A DNA stretch of 64,000 nucleotides from Acidobacteriota bacterium (GCA_020851835.1 JADZBZ010000167.1:13128-77127), one strand, 5' to 3'; shown: positions 9,506 through 24,632, counted from the stretch's first letter. Numbers and translations are program-made. The notes: a model not told the origin generated them from the sequence alone.

Positions 9506-9630
9506 GTGTCACCTCTCGGGTTTTCTGTTGAGTACGGACTGGTCCTCGACCAATCCCCGTCCCCTTCGTCCCGCCATGGTGTCGATCCGTTACAGCCATT
9601 CCCTGAGGGCCTCGCCCACGTGCTGTGGGT

Positions 9631-10233
9631 TCAGAATCGGCAGCCCGACGTTGAGCTGGTCTGGCCGCCCCCGATGCCGGACTTCTCCAGTCGGTCGTAG
9701 GCCTTGAGCCAGGCCCGGACCCGGACGTCGGTGTCCAGCACCACGGCCTTGAGATGGACGATCTGCGGCTCGGCTTCGGCCCCGGCGACGCGTTCGAGGC
9801 AGCGCCGCGAGTCGGACAGCCTGAGCAGGCTTTGCTGCGATTCTTTCGCGTTGCTCGTGGTCGTGAGCACGCTCTGATAGTCCGCCGCCAACTGCAGGAG
9901 CGCCCGTCGGTCCGCGGAGCCGTCTTCCGACCGCTCGAGGATCCACGACTCGACATCGTCGCGAACTCCGTTGTGATTCAGGTCCGCGCCGCGGATTTCG
10001 TCCCACAGTTGCTGCATCGGGTCCTGCTGAACCTCGGCTGGCGCCTCGCTGGCGAGTGGCCAGTAACTGGTTCGGGCCAGAGCCGCCGCCAGACCCCCCG
10101 CCAGGAGCAGCAGCCCTACGCCCACCTTCAACGTGCCGGATCTCGAACGCAGTATTCGACCGGTCCAGCCGCGCATCTGAACTCCAGGCGTCGGTCGCGT
10201 CCGGGCCAGTCGGGGCCCGGCGCCGCGAAGCAC
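9631..10233 (-). CDS. hypothetical membrane-anchored/secreted protein
   Basis: ORF with coding-like bias and an N-terminal hydrophobic segment VGVGLLLLAGGLAAAL. Start uncertain (10233 or 10176). Confidence 0.45.
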   Translation of the reverse strand: MLRGAGPRLARTRPTPGVQMRGWTGRILRSRSGTLKVGVGLLLLAGGLAAALARTSYWPLASEAPAEVQQDPMQQLWDEIRGADLNHNGVRDDVESWILERSEDGSADRRALLQLAADYQSVLTTTSNAKESQQSLLRLSDSRRCLERVAGAEAEPQIVHLKAVVLDTDVRVRAWLKAYDRLEKSGIGGGQTSSTSGCRF

Positions 10234-10281
10234 GCGGTGATTGGTCTCGCTTGACGCGCGCGCGTTACACGGGTGTGTCCG

Positions 10282-12936
10282 TCAGTCAGGCTCCGCGGTT
10301 TGCTGCAGCAGTTTGGCGACGAGCGCGGTCCACCCCGTCTGATGGCTGGCGCCGAGGCCGGCGCCGGTGTCGCCGTGAAAGTACTCGGAGAACTGAATCA
10401 GATCGCGCCAGTGCGGGTCGCGCTGGAATTTCTCGATCGCGCCGAAGGCCGGACGGCGACCTTCGCCGTTTCGGAGCAGCGTCCGAGCGAGCCGGCGGGA
10501 CAGCTCCTCGGCGATCTGCCAGAGCGTCATGCGCCGGCCGGATCCGGCGGGGCACTCGACGGTCAGCTCGTCGCCGAAGTAGTAGTGGAACTTCTGAAGT
10601 GATTCGATCAGCAGGAAGTTCAAGGGAAACCACACCGGTCCGCGCCAATTGGAATTGCCGCCGAAGACCCCGGTGGTCGATTCGCTGGGCTCGTAGCGGA
10701 CCTGGTGCCTTGTTCCGTTCAACTGGAGCACGTACGGATATTCGAGGTGGGCGCGAGACAGCGCGCGAACGCCGTACGGCGACAGGAACTCGGCTTCGTC
10801 GAGCAGGACGCCCAGCACACGTTTCAGTTGGTCCCGGTTCACGACCGACAGCAGACGGCGGTCGCCTCGTCCGGGCGTCTCCATGCAGGCGACGCCGTCG
10901 ATCAGGTCCGGCCGGTGCCGGACGAACCACTCGAGGCGCCGCCGGAACGCCGGCAGCCGGTCGAGGCACTCCGGTTCGAGCGTTTCTACGGCGAACAGTG
11001 GGATCAGGCCGACCATCGATCGCAACTTGACCGGCACGTGTTCGCCGCTCGGCAGGTGCAGGACGTCGTAGAAGAAACTGTCCTCTTCATTCCAGAGATT
11101 GACGTGGTTGTCGCCGCCGCGCGCGCTCATCGCGTGGGCAATGTGGAGGAAGTGTTCCCAGAACTTGCTCGCCATGTCCTCGTAGGCCTGGTTCTCGGCG
11201 GCCAGCTCGAGGGCGATGGCGAGCATGTTCAGGCTGTACATGGCCATCCAACTCGTGCCGTCCGACTGCTCCAGGTGTCCGCCGGTCGGCAGCTCGGCGC
11301 TGCGGTCGAACACGCCGATGTTGTCCAGGCCGAGAAATCCACCCTGGAACACATTTCGGCCCTCGGCATCCTTCCGGTTGACCCACCACGTGAAGTTGAG
11401 CAGCAGTTTCTGAAACACGCGTTCGAGGAAGGCGCGGTCTCCGGAGCCGCGCCGGCGCTTCTCGATCTTGTACACACGCCACGCCGCCCACGCGTGTACC
11501 GGTGGATTCACGTCGCCCAGCGCCCATTCGTAGGCGGGCATCTGACCGTTCGGGTGCATGTACCATTCGCGCAGCATCAGCAGGAGTTGCGCCTTCGCGA
11601 ACTCGGCATCGACGAGCGCCAGCGGCACCGCGTGGAAGGCCAGATCCCATGCCGCGTACCACGGGTACTCCCACTTGTCCGGCACAGAGATGACATCCGC
11701 GTTGAACAGATGCGTCCAGTCCGCGTTGCGACCGTGCGTTCGGGCGGCCGGCGGCCGCGGCTGGATCGGGTCTCCGTCGATCCACTCCTTCACGACGTAG
11801 TGATAGAACTGCTTGGACCACAGCAGGCCCGCGAACGCCTGCCGCATGACACGCGCGCCGTCTTCGCTCTGCGATGACGGGATGATCCCCGCGTAGAACT
11901 CGTCAGCTTCCTGGCGCCGGGCCAGGAAGGTGTCGTCGAACTCCCTGGTGAACGGGCCGCCGGGCCAATGGCGCTCGTCGTGGCCGCCGAGCCGCAGCCG
12001 GACGCGCACCTGTTCGCCGGGCGCAATCAGATGTCGCGAGTGCACCGCGGCTTTCGTGCCAACCCGCTCCGGGTTGACCGCGTCGGTCCGGCCGTGCACG
12101 ACGGCGTCGTTGATACCGTCCTTCGCGAAACGCGGGCCGGCCACGCCGAAGAGGCGCGAGGCGTTGGTCTCGTTCTCTGTGAAGAGCAGCTCGCCACCAT
12201 GCTCGGCGTGCAGCCACTGGCGGCCGTACGAAACGTCGTCGAGCGCGATCGCGGCCACCGCACTTCCAGGCACCGCACGGAGGACTGGACGCGGCGACGC
12301 CGGGTCCCACGACCACGTGTTCCGGAACCAGACAGTGGGCAGCAGGTGAATCGGCGCCGCCTCGGCTCCCCGGTTGACGACGGTGATCTGGATCAGGATG
12401 TCTTCCGGATCGCTCTTCGCGTACTCGACGAAGACGTCGAAGTACCGGTTGTCATCGAAGATGCCGGTGTCGATGAGCTCGAACTCCGGATCCTGGCGGC
12501 CGCGCCGGCGGTTCTCGTCGACCAGGTGGGCGTACGGAAACTCGGCCTGCGGATATTTGTAGAGCCACTTCATGCAGGAGTGGGTTGGCGTGTTGTCAAG
12601 GTAGAAGAAGTACTCCTTGACGTCCTCGCCGTGATTGCCCTCGTTGCCCGTGAGGCCGAACAGGCGCTCCTTGAGGATCGGGTCGCGTTCGTTCCAGAGC
12701 GCCAGCCCGAAGCACACGCGCTGGTGACGGTCCGAGATTCCCGCCAGTCCGTCCTCGTTCCAGCGATAGGCGCGCGATCGCGCGTGATCGTGCGGCAGGT
12801 ACTCCCAAGCCGTGCCGTCCGGGCTGTAGTCCTCACGGACCGTACCCCACGCGCGCTCGCTCAGATACGGACCCCAGCGCTTCCAATGGCGCTGTCGCCG
12901 ATGATCCTCGTCAAGCCTCAACTGTTCGGCCGTCAT
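10282..12936 (-). CDS. GH63-family glucosidase (MGH1-like)
   Basis: N-terminus [44 protein letters not shown] and (alpha/alpha)6 catalytic region typical of bacterial GH63. Confidence 0.8.
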   Translation of the reverse strand: MTAEQLRLDEDHRRQRHWKRWGPYLSERAWGTVREDYSPDGTAWEYLPHDHARSRAYRWNEDGLAGISDRHQRVCFGLALWNERDPILKERLFGLTGNEGNHGEDVKEYFFYLDNTPTHSCMKWLYKYPQAEFPYAHLVDENRRRGRQDPEFELIDTGIFDDNRYFDVFVEYAKSDPEDILIQITVVNRGAEAAPIHLLPTVWFRNTWSWDPASPRPVLRAVPGSAVAAIALDDVSYGRQWLHAEHGGELLFTENETNASRLFGVAGPRFAKDGINDAVVHGRTDAVNPERVGTKAAVHSRHLIAPGEQVRVRLRLGGHDERHWPGGPFTREFDDTFLARRQEADEFYAGIIPSSQSEDGARVMRQAFAGLLWSKQFYHYVVKEWIDGDPIQPRPPAARTHGRNADWTHLFNADVISVPDKWEYPWYAAWDLAFHAVPLALVDAEFAKAQLLLMLREWYMHPNGQMPAYEWALGDVNPPVHAWAAWRVYKIEKRRRGSGDRAFLERVFQKLLLNFTWWVNRKDAEGRNVFQGGFLGLDNIGVFDRSAELPTGGHLEQSDGTSWMAMYSLNMLAIALELAAENQAYEDMASKFWEHFLHIAHAMSARGGDNHVNLWNEEDSFFYDVLHLPSGEHVPVKLRSMVGLIPLFAVETLEPECLDRLPAFRRRLEWFVRHRPDLIDGVACMETPGRGDRRLLSVVNRDQLKRVLGVLLDEAEFLSPYGVRALSRAHLEYPYVLQLNGTRHQVRYEPSESTTGVFGGNSNWRGPVWFPLNFLLIESLQKFHYYFGDELTVECPAGSGRRMTLWQIAEELSRRLARTLLRNGEGRRPAFGAIEKFQRDPHWRDLIQFSEYFHGDTGAGLGASHQTGWTALVAKLLQQTAEPD

Positions 12937-14906
12937 CCCCGCCTCCTGCCCGCACCGCGTCCGGCTACGTCACGCTCACCCAGGACGTCGCGGTCGAGAC
13001 GCAGTAGTTCGCCGAGCGACCACGCCTGGAACGGACAGCCGCGCGGCACGAACGGCGGCTCGGCATCGGCGATTTCCGACACGTGCCCGAGGCCGGCGGC
13101 GCCGAGATGAGCGCGTAGCGGATCGAGAAAGCGGCGTGCGATGACGCGGTTCGCTCTTGTGTCGCCGTGCACGCGGAGCCAGGCCTCGACGAACGGTCCG
13201 AGCAGCCACGGCCACACGGTGCCCTGGTGATATGCGGCGTCGCGGGTGCGCACTTCGCCTTCGTAACGGCCGACGTAGCCGGGTGAGCCCGGCGCCAGCG
13301 TCCGGAGGCCCAGGGGCGTGAGCAGATGCTGTTCGACGGTCTCGACGATGCGGCGGGCCAGGCGGCCCGGCACGACGGGAAACGGCAGGCCGCCCACCGC
13401 GAAGATCTGGTTCGGACGGAGGGAGACATCGACCACGCCCCGGTCGTGATCGACGTCAATCACGTCGTAGAGCGCCCCGGCGGACTCGTTCCAGAAGCGC
13501 GCCACGAACGCGGATCGCCCCTGCTCGTAGAGCGCCCGCCACCGGTGCGAGCGGTGCCCGGCGATGCGCAGCGCGTTGAGCCACAGCGCATTCACTTCGA
13601 CGGGCTTGCCCACTCGGGGCGTGACGACGACGTCGTCGATCCTCGCATCCATCCACGTCAGCGCCGCGCCGGGTTCTCCCGCGGCGAGCAAGCCGTCTTC
13701 GTCGCGATGGATGCCGTACCGCGTGCCGCTGTCATAGGCGACCAGCACGAGCTCGGTTGACTCGCGCAGCCGCCGGCGTGCCGCGGCCGGGAGGAGGTCG
13801 GATCGTTTGCCGGCCGCCCGTTCGAGCTCATAAGCCGCGACGATGAACCACAGCGACGCGTCAACCGCGTTGAACTCAGGCGCGGCGCCAGCGTCGGGAA
13901 ATCGGTTGGGCACCATACCCTCGGAGATCGCGCCGCTCCACTCCAGCAGGATGTCGCGCGCGTCTTCGAGGCGGCCGAGCGTCAGGGCGAGTCCGCGCAA
14001 GGCGATGAAGGTGTCGCGGCCCCAGTCCGTGAACCATGGATAGCCGGCGACGATCGTGCGTCCCAAGCCGCGCCGCACGATGTAGGCGTCAGCGGCGCGT
14101 TCGAGCGGCTGGGTGAACGCGGCACGCCGACGCGCTTCCGCGGCCAGGTAGCTCTCCGCGGCGGCCTCCACGTCGTCGTTGTTGGCGATGGCCGGATGGC
14201 CCGGCTGGGCCGAGAGCATCCACACGGAGCGCCGTCCAGGCGTCAGCGCCCAGGACAACTCGCCGGGCGAGGCCAGGTCCTCGACATGATCCAAGCCGCG
14301 CGCCCGCTCCTCGGTGTACTCGAACTGTCGATACCACAGGGGATCGTGCCGGTACGCGCCGTTGGACGTGCTGTGCACCGCTGGCACGCCGGCGTATGGC
14401 GCCCAAGTGACCGCGGCGGCTTGTGTCGTGGCTTCGAAGTCGAACAACGGGTTTTCTCGATGTAGCGCGTGGTAGTCGCGGCCGGAAAGGAGCGGTCGAA
14501 CGACCAGCCGGGCCGGTCCGGCGCCGGACTGCAGCGTCCACGCCACCAACGCAGTTGGACGGTCGTGCACGAGAACGACTTCCTGCACGATGGCGCCGGC
14601 CTCGTCGAGCGTGTAGGTCCATCGAGGCCATGGGTCGTGCGAGAACGCCACGAGCTGCGACCGCCCGTCGGGGTGGATGACGCCTGGGACGTAGCGATGC
14701 GAGGTCAGCGCGATCCGTCGGCCCCCGATCTCGACCCACGCGTCGAAGCCGTTGACCAGCATCATGCGGCCGACTGGCGGAGCAGTGGCGACGAGCAGAA
14801 GTCCGTGGTACCGGCGGGTACGGACGCCGTTGACGGTACCCGACGCGAATCCGCCGAGGCCGTCGGTCTCAAGCCACTCCCGTTCGTCGCCCGTCCAGGC
14901 GCTCAT
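12933..14906 (-). CDS. glycogen debranching enzyme family protein (GDE N-terminal plus amylo-alpha-1,6-glucosidase domains)
   Basis: [29 protein letters not shown]-terminus and [12 protein letters not shown] catalytic-domain motif. 4-nt overlap with the GH63 gene. Confidence 0.8.
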   Translation of the reverse strand: MSAWTGDEREWLETDGLGGFASGTVNGVRTRRYHGLLLVATAPPVGRMMLVNGFDAWVEIGGRRIALTSHRYVPGVIHPDGRSQLVAFSHDPWPRWTYTLDEAGAIVQEVVLVHDRPTALVAWTLQSGAGPARLVVRPLLSGRDYHALHRENPLFDFEATTQAAAVTWAPYAGVPAVHSTSNGAYRHDPLWYRQFEYTEERARGLDHVEDLASPGELSWALTPGRRSVWMLSAQPGHPAIANNDDVEAAAESYLAAEARRRAAFTQPLERAADAYIVRRGLGRTIVAGYPWFTDWGRDTFIALRGLALTLGRLEDARDILLEWSGAISEGMVPNRFPDAGAAPEFNAVDASLWFIVAAYELERAAGKRSDLLPAAARRRLRESTELVLVAYDSGTRYGIHRDEDGLLAAGEPGAALTWMDARIDDVVVTPRVGKPVEVNALWLNALRIAGHRSHRWRALYEQGRSAFVARFWNESAGALYDVIDVDHDRGVVDVSLRPNQIFAVGGLPFPVVPGRLARRIVETVEQHLLTPLGLRTLAPGSPGYVGRYEGEVRTRDAAYHQGTVWPWLLGPFVEAWLRVHGDTRANRVIARRFLDPLRAHLGAAGLGHVSEIADAEPPFVPRGCPFQAWSLGELLRLDRDVLGERDVAGRGAGRRRG

Positions 14907-14944
14907 GATGTGTACGACAACCGCCGCCGGGGTCTCATTGCCCT

Positions 14945-14973
14945 CACAGTCTCACCAGCACGCGGTCCGTTAC
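14945..14973 (-). promoter_or_regulatory. ECF-type promoter candidate, variant: GTAACG-N16-GACTGTG
   Basis: Minus-strand reading is ggGTAACGgaccgcgtgctggtgaGACTGTG, about 40 nt upstream of the debranching-enzyme start. Confidence 0.45.
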
Positions 14974-15064
14974 CCGGTGTGCCTGTACGTTCGGACGCTC
15001 GCCAAGACTGGTGTCTCGAGGTCATCCGCCGCGAGGAGTGCGGCTGGCGGCGGTACGACCGGCG

Positions 15065-17850
<2,786 letters not shown>

Positions 17851-18043
17851 GGTGCTTGTCGATCTGACCTGATCGTCCGGTGTCAGGACGCCGGTCGGGT
17901 TCCTGGTCGCAACGGCCGTGACAACGACGGCCATCGCCGCCAGGAACACCCGCATCCGCACATTTCTGAACAGGGCCACCATCGTCTCGGACGGTCGGGC
18001 GCGAGGACCCGCTGCCAGGAGGCCCTGGAGGAATCGCATGACG

Positions 18044-18072
18044 GTGAGTGAGACAACCTGGAGGGTTGTTAC
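18044..18072 (-). promoter_or_regulatory. ECF-type promoter candidate, class 1: GTAACA-N16-CACTCAC
   Basis: Minus-strand reading is gtGTAACAaccctccaggttgtctCACTCACcgtcATG. It lies about 200 nt upstream of the MerR-type promoter of merT. Confidence 0.5.
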
Positions 18073-18144
18073 ACGACGACGGGGACACGGGGACCGTAAC
18101 GCGACGGGTCTCCCGAGAGACTGCCCTACGAGCGGAGGGCATGC

Positions 18145-20223
18145 GTGGCGACGGAACCAGGCGACTTGGATTGGCTCGCGATCAATACCATCAGAACCCT
18201 GTCGATCGACGCGGTCCAGGCCGCCCGTTCCGGCCACCCCGGCACGCCCATGGCCATGGCGCCGGTGGCGTACACCCTCTGGCAGCACGTCCTGCGTTTC
18301 GATCCGGACGATCCGATCTGGCCCAATCGCGATCGGTTCGTGCTGTCGATCGGCCACGCATCGATGCTGCTGTATTCGCTGTTGCACCTGTGCGGCGTCA
18401 GAGCGGTCAACGCCGCGTACGAGCGGCTCGGCGAGCCGTCGGTCTCGCTCGACGACCTCACGCGATTCCGGCAGCTTGACGGCAAGTGTCCCGGCCACCC
18501 CGAATACCGATGGACCTCTGGGGTCGAGACGACGACCGGCCCGCTCGGCCAAGGCGTCGCCGCCAGCGTGGGGATGGCGATCGCGAGCCGGTGGATGGGG
18601 ACGTACTTCAACCGCCCGGGCTTCGACCTCTTCGACTACGACGTGTACGCGCTGGCCGGCGACGGATGCCTGATGGAGGGGATTGCCTCAGAGGCCGGCT
18701 CCCTGGCCGGCCACCTCGGACTCGACCGGCTGTGCTGGATCTACGACAACAACCACATCACGATTGAGGGGGCCACCAGCCTGGCCTTCTCCGAGGATGT
18801 CGCCGCGCGGTTCGTCGCTTACGGCTGGCAGGTGCTTCGTGTGCCCGACGCCAACGACCTGGGCCAGTTGCGCGCCGCCTTCGCGCGGTTTCGCACCGCC
18901 GGCGATCGGCCCACGCTGATCGTCGTGGACAGTCACATCGGGTACGGTGCGCCCCACAAGCAGGACACGAGCGCGGCCCACGGGGAGCCGCTGGGCGAGG
19001 AGGAAGTTCGGCTGGCCAAGCGTCAGTACGGCTGGCCGGAGGATGCGACGTTCCTCGTGCCCGACGGCGTCCGCGAGCACTTCGCGGCCGGCATCGGGTC
19101 GCGCGGCCGCGCGGCACGCGCCGCCTGGATGGATCGTTTCGAGGTCTACCGACGCGAGCATCCCGTCCTCGCTCGCGAGCTGTACGCGATGCAGCACCGC
19201 GACCTTCCCCAAGGGTGGGACGCCGACGTGCCGGCGTTTCCGGCCGATGCGAAGGGGCTCTCGGGCAGGGACGCGTCGAGCCAGGTGCTGAATGCCATCG
19301 CGCCTCGCGTGCCCTGGCTCGTCGGCGGCTCCGCCGACCTGGCCCCATCGACCAAGACTCGACTCACGTTCGAAGGCGCCGGCGACATCGGCGCGGGCCT
19401 CTGGGACGGCCGCAATCTCCACTTCGGCGTGCGCGAGCACGCGATGGGGGCGGTTCTCAACGGCCTGTCGCTCTCCAAGGTCCGGCCGTTCGGATCCGGG
19501 TTCCTGATCTTCAGCGACTACGGCCGGCCCGCTATCCGCCTGAGCGCGTTGATGGAGATTCCGGTCATCTACGTCTTCACGCACGACTCGATTGGCGTTG
19601 GCGAAGACGGGCCGACCCACCAGCCGGTCGAGCAACTGGCGTCGCTGCGCGCCATTCCCGGACTCGTCACGTTGCGGCCCGCCGACGCCAACGAGGTTGC
19701 CGAAGCCTGGCGGCTCATCATGCAGCTTCGGCACCGGCCAGTGGCGCTCGTGCTGTCTCGCCAGGACCTTCCGACCGTGGACCGGTCCCGATACGCGCCG
19801 GCGTCCGGCCTGGCTCGTGGAGGCTACGTGCTCGCCGACAGCGCGGACGGGGCGCCCGAGGTCGTGCTGCTCGCCACGGGCAGCGAAGTGTCCCTGTGCC
19901 TCGAGGCCCATGAACACCTCGCACGCGCCGGCGTCCGATCGCGGGTCGTCAGCCTGCCGTCGTGGGAGATCTTCGAGGAACAAAGCCGGGCGTACCGAGA
20001 CGACGTGCTGCCGCCAGCCGTGACGTCGCGGGTGGCGGTCGAGCAGGCGTCCACGTTCGGCTGGGAGCGGTACGTCGGCTCGCGCGGCGCGATTGTCGGG
20101 ATGCGGACGTTCGGGGCGTCCGCTCCGCTCAGGGCGCTCCAGAAGAAGTTCGGCTTCACGCCCGATCGGATCGTCGCGGTCGCGATGGAATTGCGCGCGC
20201 GTGCACGGGAGGCTCGGGCGTGA
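18145..20223 (+). CDS. tkt: transketolase
   Basis: [30 protein letters not shown]...[16 protein letters not shown], full-length three-domain match. GTG start. Confidence 0.95.
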   Translation: MATEPGDLDWLAINTIRTLSIDAVQAARSGHPGTPMAMAPVAYTLWQHVLRFDPDDPIWPNRDRFVLSIGHASMLLYSLLHLCGVRAVNAAYERLGEPSVSLDDLTRFRQLDGKCPGHPEYRWTSGVETTTGPLGQGVAASVGMAIASRWMGTYFNRPGFDLFDYDVYALAGDGCLMEGIASEAGSLAGHLGLDRLCWIYDNNHITIEGATSLAFSEDVAARFVAYGWQVLRVPDANDLGQLRAAFARFRTAGDRPTLIVVDSHIGYGAPHKQDTSAAHGEPLGEEEVRLAKRQYGWPEDATFLVPDGVREHFAAGIGSRGRAARAAWMDRFEVYRREHPVLARELYAMQHRDLPQGWDADVPAFPADAKGLSGRDASSQVLNAIAPRVPWLVGGSADLAPSTKTRLTFEGAGDIGAGLWDGRNLHFGVREHAMGAVLNGLSLSKVRPFGSGFLIFSDYGRPAIRLSALMEIPVIYVFTHDSIGVGEDGPTHQPVEQLASLRAIPGLVTLRPADANEVAEAWRLIMQLRHRPVALVLSRQDLPTVDRSRYAPASGLARGGYVLADSADGAPEVVLLATGSEVSLCLEAHEHLARAGVRSRVVSLPSWEIFEEQSRAYRDDVLPPAVTSRVAVEQASTFGWERYVGSRGAIVGMRTFGASAPLRALQKKFGFTPDRIVAVAMELRARAREARA

Positions 20224-20699
20224 GCGCGGGCGTCAGGCGCATCGCCGTGGGGGCCGACCACGCGGGCTATGGGTTGAAGACGCAGGTGGCCGAACACGTG
20301 CGCCGGCTGAGGCACGAAGTGCTCGATCTCGGTACCCGTTATACCCAGCCAGTCGACTACCCGGACTACGCGGAGGCCGTTGGGCAGGCGGTGCTGGACG
20401 GCCGGGCCGACCGCGCAATACTCGTGTGCGGCAGCGGAGTCGGCGCGTCGGTTGCCGCCAACAAGCTGCGCGGCATCCGGGCTGGCCTCTGTCACGACGT
20501 CTACTCAGCCCATCAGGGCGTGGAGCACGACAACATGAACGTGCTCGTCCTCGGCGCGCGCGTGATCGGGCCGGCGCTCGCCGAGGACCTGGTCGCGGCA
20601 TTCCTCGCCGCCACATTTTCCGGCGAAGCCCGGCACGTCCGGCGGTTGCACAAGGTGGCCGCGCTCGAAGCTCGGGAGCCGTCTCGGAAGGACACGTGA
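20220..20699 (+). CDS. rpiB: ribose-5-phosphate isomerase B
   Basis: [14 protein letters not shown]...[16 protein letters not shown] motifs. GTGA overlap with the tkt stop. Confidence 0.9.
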   Translation: MSAGVRRIAVGADHAGYGLKTQVAEHVRRLRHEVLDLGTRYTQPVDYPDYAEAVGQAVLDGRADRAILVCGSGVGASVAANKLRGIRAGLCHDVYSAHQGVEHDNMNVLVLGARVIGPALAEDLVAAFLAATFSGEARHVRRLHKVAALEAREPSRKDT

Positions 20700-20703
20700 A
20701 CGC

Positions 20704-23568
20704 ATGAACCCCATCCTCAGCCTCGCCGGCTACGGCCAGTCGGTCTGGCTTGACTACATTCGACGCCACCTCATCACGTCCGGCGAGCTCCAGCGGCTCG
20801 TCGCCGAGGACGGCCTGGCCGGCGTGACCTCGAATCCCGCGATCTTCGAAAGGGCCATCGCGGGCAGCTCCGATTATGCCGAGGCGCTGGCGCGGCACGT
20901 GCGCGCCGGCGTCTCGACCGCCAAGGGCCTGTACGAGGCGCTGGCCATCGAGGACATCCAGATGGCCGCCGACGTCCTCCATCAAGTGTTCCTGAGAACG
21001 TCCGGTCGCGATGGGTTCGTTAGCCTCGAGGTCTCGCCAGAGCTCTCGCGGGCCACCCCGGGCACCCTCGACGAGGCGCGGCGCCTCTGGCACGCGGTGG
21101 GCCGCGAGAACGTCATGATCAAAGTGCCCGCCACACCCGAGGGCATCGTGGCAATCCAACCGCTCATCGCGGAGGCCATCAACGTCAATGTCACGCTCCT
21201 GTTCAGCGTCGCGGCCTATGAACGCGTCGCGGAGGCGTACCTCGCCGGCCTCGAGGCGCGCCTCGCTGCCGGCCTCGAGATTGGGCGCGTGGCCAGCGTC
21301 GCCAGCTTCTTCGTCAGCCGGATCGACACGGCGGTCGACGCGATCCTGACGGCGAAGGGCGCCAACTCGACCGGGACACTCGACCAGATCCGGCTCGCCG
21401 GCTTACTCGGGAAAACTGCGGTCGCCAACGCCAGGCAGGCGCGGCGGTCCTACCTGCGACGTCTCGATATGCCGCGATGGCGGGCGCTCGCCGAGCGCGG
21501 CGCGATGCCGCAGCGCCTGCTCTGGGCCAGCACCGGGACGAAGAACCCCGCGTACCCCGACACGAAATACGTCGAGGAGTTGATCGGCCGGGACACGGTC
21601 AACACGATCCCGCCGGCGACCTACGACGCGTTCCGCGCCCACGGCCGGCCGCGGGCGAGTCTCGACGAGGCGCCGGAGCAGGCCGACCAAGTCATCGATC
21701 AGCTCGAGGCCGCCGGCATCTCGCTTCAGGCGGTGGGCGAACAGTTGCTCGCGTCCGGTCTCGGGCAGTTCAGCGACGCGTTTCGAACGCTGCTCGCGGC
21801 CGTCGGCGATCGATGCGCGACGCTGAACGTGCCGGCCCGCCCGACGGTGACCTTGGCCGTCGGGACCGTTGAGCAGGCGGCCATCGACGCCGAGACGGCC
21901 CGCTGGACGAAGGCCGGATCGTCGAGCCGGCTCTGGGCGGGGGACGCATCTCTCTGGACGGGCCATGACGAGGCGAGCTGGCTCGGATGGCTCACCATCG
22001 TCGACCAACAGCACGCGCAGATTGACCATCTGGAGGCCATTGCGGACGATGTCCGGTCCGCGGGGTTTTCACATGCCTTGTTGCTCGGGATGGGCGGCTC
22101 CAGTCTGGCTCCCGAAGTGTTCAGACGGACGTTCGGCCGCCGGGTAGGCTTTCCGGACCTGCACATCCTCGACTCGACGGATCCCGCGCAGATCGCGCAC
22201 GTCGAGTCGCAAATCGATCTGGCGAACACGGTGGTTATCGTATCGAGCAAATCCGGCAGCACGCTCGAGCCGAATATCCTGCTGGACTATTTCTACGATC
22301 GCGTCAGCCGCGTTGCCGGCGCGGCCGAGGCCCCGCGACGGTTCATCGCGGTGACGGATCCGGGCTCGTTGCTCGCGCGAGCCGCGACCGAGCGCGGATT
22401 TCGGCACATCGCCTGCGGCGTGCCGAGCATCGGGGGACGCTACTCGGCGCTGTCCGACTTCGGGCTGGTGCCTGCCGCCGTGATGGGAATCGATCTGCGA
22501 CGGCTGCTGGAGCGCGCGGCGCGGATGGTGGTCACCTGCGCGGCCTGCGTGCCGCCGGGCGACAACCCGGGCGTGCGGCTGGGGATCGCGCTCGGCGCAC
22601 TCGCGCGCGGCGGCCGCGACAAGCTCACGCTGGTGGTGTCGCCCGCGATCGGCGACCTGGGCGCCTGGCTCGAACAACTGATCGCCGAATCGACCGGCAA
22701 GGCCGGCCGGGGCATCGTGCCGATCGACCTCGAGCCGCTGGGCGCGCCGCATCTCTATCGCGGCGACAGAACATTCGTCTACATTCGCCTCGAGGAAGCG
22801 CCTGACGCCGCCCAGGACGTCGCGGTGGTCGCCCTCGAGCAAGCCGGGCATGCGGTGTTGCGCGTGCGGGTCGACGACGCGTACGACCTGGGACAGGAAT
22901 TCTTTCGCTGGGAGATCGCCACAGCCGTCGCGGGCGCGATCCTCGGGATCAATCCCTTCGATCAACCTGATGTCGAGGCGAGCAAGGTCGCGACCCGGCG
23001 GCTCACCGACGAGTACGACGCGTCCGGATCGCTGCCGGCGGACCCGCCCTTTTGCGTCGAGGACAGGTTCGCTCTCCATGCGGATGCCGGTAACGCGGCC
23101 GCGCTCATGGCGGCGGCCGGAGGCCGCGCGCCCGCGGTCGAGTACCTGCGCGCCCACCTCGGGCGCGTGAGGGCGGGGGACTATGTCGCGTTGCTGGCCT
23201 ACGTGCCGATGAGCGATGCGCACCGCCGTGCGCTGCAGAACATCCGCCGCCTGGTCCGCGACCGACTCGGCGCGGCGACCTGTGTCGGGTTCGGCCCGAG
23301 GTTTCTGCATTCGACAGGGCAGGTCTACAAGGGCGGTCCCAATACCGGCGTCTTCATCCAGGTGACGTGTGACGACGCGGCCGATCTGCCCGTGCCCGGT
23401 CGGCGCTACACCTTCGGAATCGTGAAGGCGGCGCAGGCGCGCGGCGATCTTCAGGTGCTGGCGGAGCGCGGCCGGCGCGCGCTGCGCGTCCATCTTGGCC
23501 CGGATGTGGCCGCGGGGCTGGCCTCGCTCGGGCGGCTGATCGAACAGGCGCTCGGAGAACCGGCATGA
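20704..23568 (+). CDS. bifunctional transaldolase / glucose-6-phosphate isomerase
   Basis: N-terminal transaldolase (GQSVWLDYIRR...GVTSNPAIFE...IKVPAT) fused to a PGI-type C-terminal half (LLLGMGGSSLAPEV...SKSGSTLEP). 954 aa. Confidence 0.9.
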   Translation: MNPILSLAGYGQSVWLDYIRRHLITSGELQRLVAEDGLAGVTSNPAIFERAIAGSSDYAEALARHVRAGVSTAKGLYEALAIEDIQMAADVLHQVFLRTSGRDGFVSLEVSPELSRATPGTLDEARRLWHAVGRENVMIKVPATPEGIVAIQPLIAEAINVNVTLLFSVAAYERVAEAYLAGLEARLAAGLEIGRVASVASFFVSRIDTAVDAILTAKGANSTGTLDQIRLAGLLGKTAVANARQARRSYLRRLDMPRWRALAERGAMPQRLLWASTGTKNPAYPDTKYVEELIGRDTVNTIPPATYDAFRAHGRPRASLDEAPEQADQVIDQLEAAGISLQAVGEQLLASGLGQFSDAFRTLLAAVGDRCATLNVPARPTVTLAVGTVEQAAIDAETARWTKAGSSSRLWAGDASLWTGHDEASWLGWLTIVDQQHAQIDHLEAIADDVRSAGFSHALLLGMGGSSLAPEVFRRTFGRRVGFPDLHILDSTDPAQIAHVESQIDLANTVVIVSSKSGSTLEPNILLDYFYDRVSRVAGAAEAPRRFIAVTDPGSLLARAATERGFRHIACGVPSIGGRYSALSDFGLVPAAVMGIDLRRLLERAARMVVTCAACVPPGDNPGVRLGIALGALARGGRDKLTLVVSPAIGDLGAWLEQLIAESTGKAGRGIVPIDLEPLGAPHLYRGDRTFVYIRLEEAPDAAQDVAVVALEQAGHAVLRVRVDDAYDLGQEFFRWEIATAVAGAILGINPFDQPDVEASKVATRRLTDEYDASGSLPADPPFCVEDRFALHADAGNAAALMAAAGGRAPAVEYLRAHLGRVRAGDYVALLAYVPMSDAHRRALQNIRRLVRDRLGAATCVGFGPRFLHSTGQVYKGGPNTGVFIQVTCDDAADLPVPGRRYTFGIVKAAQARGDLQVLAERGRRALRVHLGPDVAAGLASLGRLIEQALGEPA

Positions 23569-24596
23569 TGCCCGCGGGGCCGACGGGCCGAATGACCCTG
23601 AGCCGCCACATTCTGGAGTGCCAGCGCCGGCAGCCGGACGCGACCGGAGAACTCGCCGTACTGCTCACGCAGTTGGCGTTCGCCGGAAAGGTCTTCGCGC
23701 ACGAGCTCCGGCGCGCGGCGCTCGTCGGCGATCTGGGCGCCACGGGCGCCACCAACGTGCAGGGCGAGGCGACCAGGAAGCTCGACGTGTTCGGCAACCA
23801 GACGATCATCGAGGCGTTTGCGCACGCCGAGATCGTGGCGGCGATCGTGTCCGAGGAGGAAGACGAGCCTCGCCAGATCGCGAGTGGAGCGAAGGCCTCG
23901 TACCTCCTGTGCGTGGATCCACTCGACGGGTCGTCGAATAGCGACACCAACGGCGTCGTCGGTACGATCTTCGGCGTGTACCGGAGCGGCCAACCGAGCG
24001 AGGCGCGCGGGGTCCGGTCCGGCCTGCCCGGTACGGGCCGCGAGCAGGTGGCCGCCGGCTACATCATGTACGGTCCCAGCACGGTCTTCGTCTACACCAC
24101 CGGAGACGGCGTCAACGGGTTCACGCTCGACGGTGACATCGGCGAGTTCCTGTTGACCCACCCTGACATCAGGTGTCCGGCGGAGGGACGCTACTACGCC
24201 GTGAATCTTGCCGCAGCGCGGGAGTGGCCCGCGGCCACGCAGGCGTATCTCGACAGCCTGGGCGATCCGACCGGCCGGTCCCGCGGCTATTCGCAGCGCT
24301 ACTCCGGCGCCCTGGTCGCCGATGTGCACCGCGCCCTGCTCGAGGGCGGGACGTACTTCTACCCGCCGGATCGCGGACATCCCGACGGCAAGCTCCGCCT
24401 GCTCTACGAGTGCGCGCCGCTCGCCTTCGTCGTCGAGCAGGCCGGAGGACGCGCCACGACCGGCGAGACGTGCGTCCTCGACGTGCGGATCGAGACGATC
24501 CACCAGCGCGCGCCCCTGGCGATCGGCAGCCGCGTGGAGATCGAGCGGTACGAGCAGTTCTTGAACACCAGATGTGATTGCGCGACACGGTCCTGA
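23565..24596 (+). CDS. fbp: class 1 fructose-1,6-bisphosphatase (copy 1)
   Basis: NVQGEATRKLDVF...VDPLDGSSN...YSGALVADVHR...GKLRLLYECAPLAF. ATGA overlap with the tal/pgi stop. Confidence 0.9.
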   Translation: MMPAGPTGRMTLSRHILECQRRQPDATGELAVLLTQLAFAGKVFAHELRRAALVGDLGATGATNVQGEATRKLDVFGNQTIIEAFAHAEIVAAIVSEEEDEPRQIASGAKASYLLCVDPLDGSSNSDTNGVVGTIFGVYRSGQPSEARGVRSGLPGTGREQVAAGYIMYGPSTVFVYTTGDGVNGFTLDGDIGEFLLTHPDIRCPAEGRYYAVNLAAAREWPAATQAYLDSLGDPTGRSRGYSQRYSGALVADVHRALLEGGTYFYPPDRGHPDGKLRLLYECAPLAFVVEQAGGRATTGETCVLDVRIETIHQRAPLAIGSRVEIERYEQFLNTRCDCATRS

Positions 24597-24632
24597 CCGG
24601 AGGGGACACCTCGCCATGGGAGACACGAAACG

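Noticed and set aside
8925-9956. Long antisense or shadow ORFs (for example 8925-9956, 252-773, 1449-2363, 18688-19983, 22069-23493, 28202-29107, 41248-42630, 46775-48280)
   Set aside because: They have Arg/Pro/Gly/Ala-rich composition and no recognisable motifs, and each lies opposite to or out of frame with a gene that has clear family signatures. These are typical GC-rich shadow ORFs.
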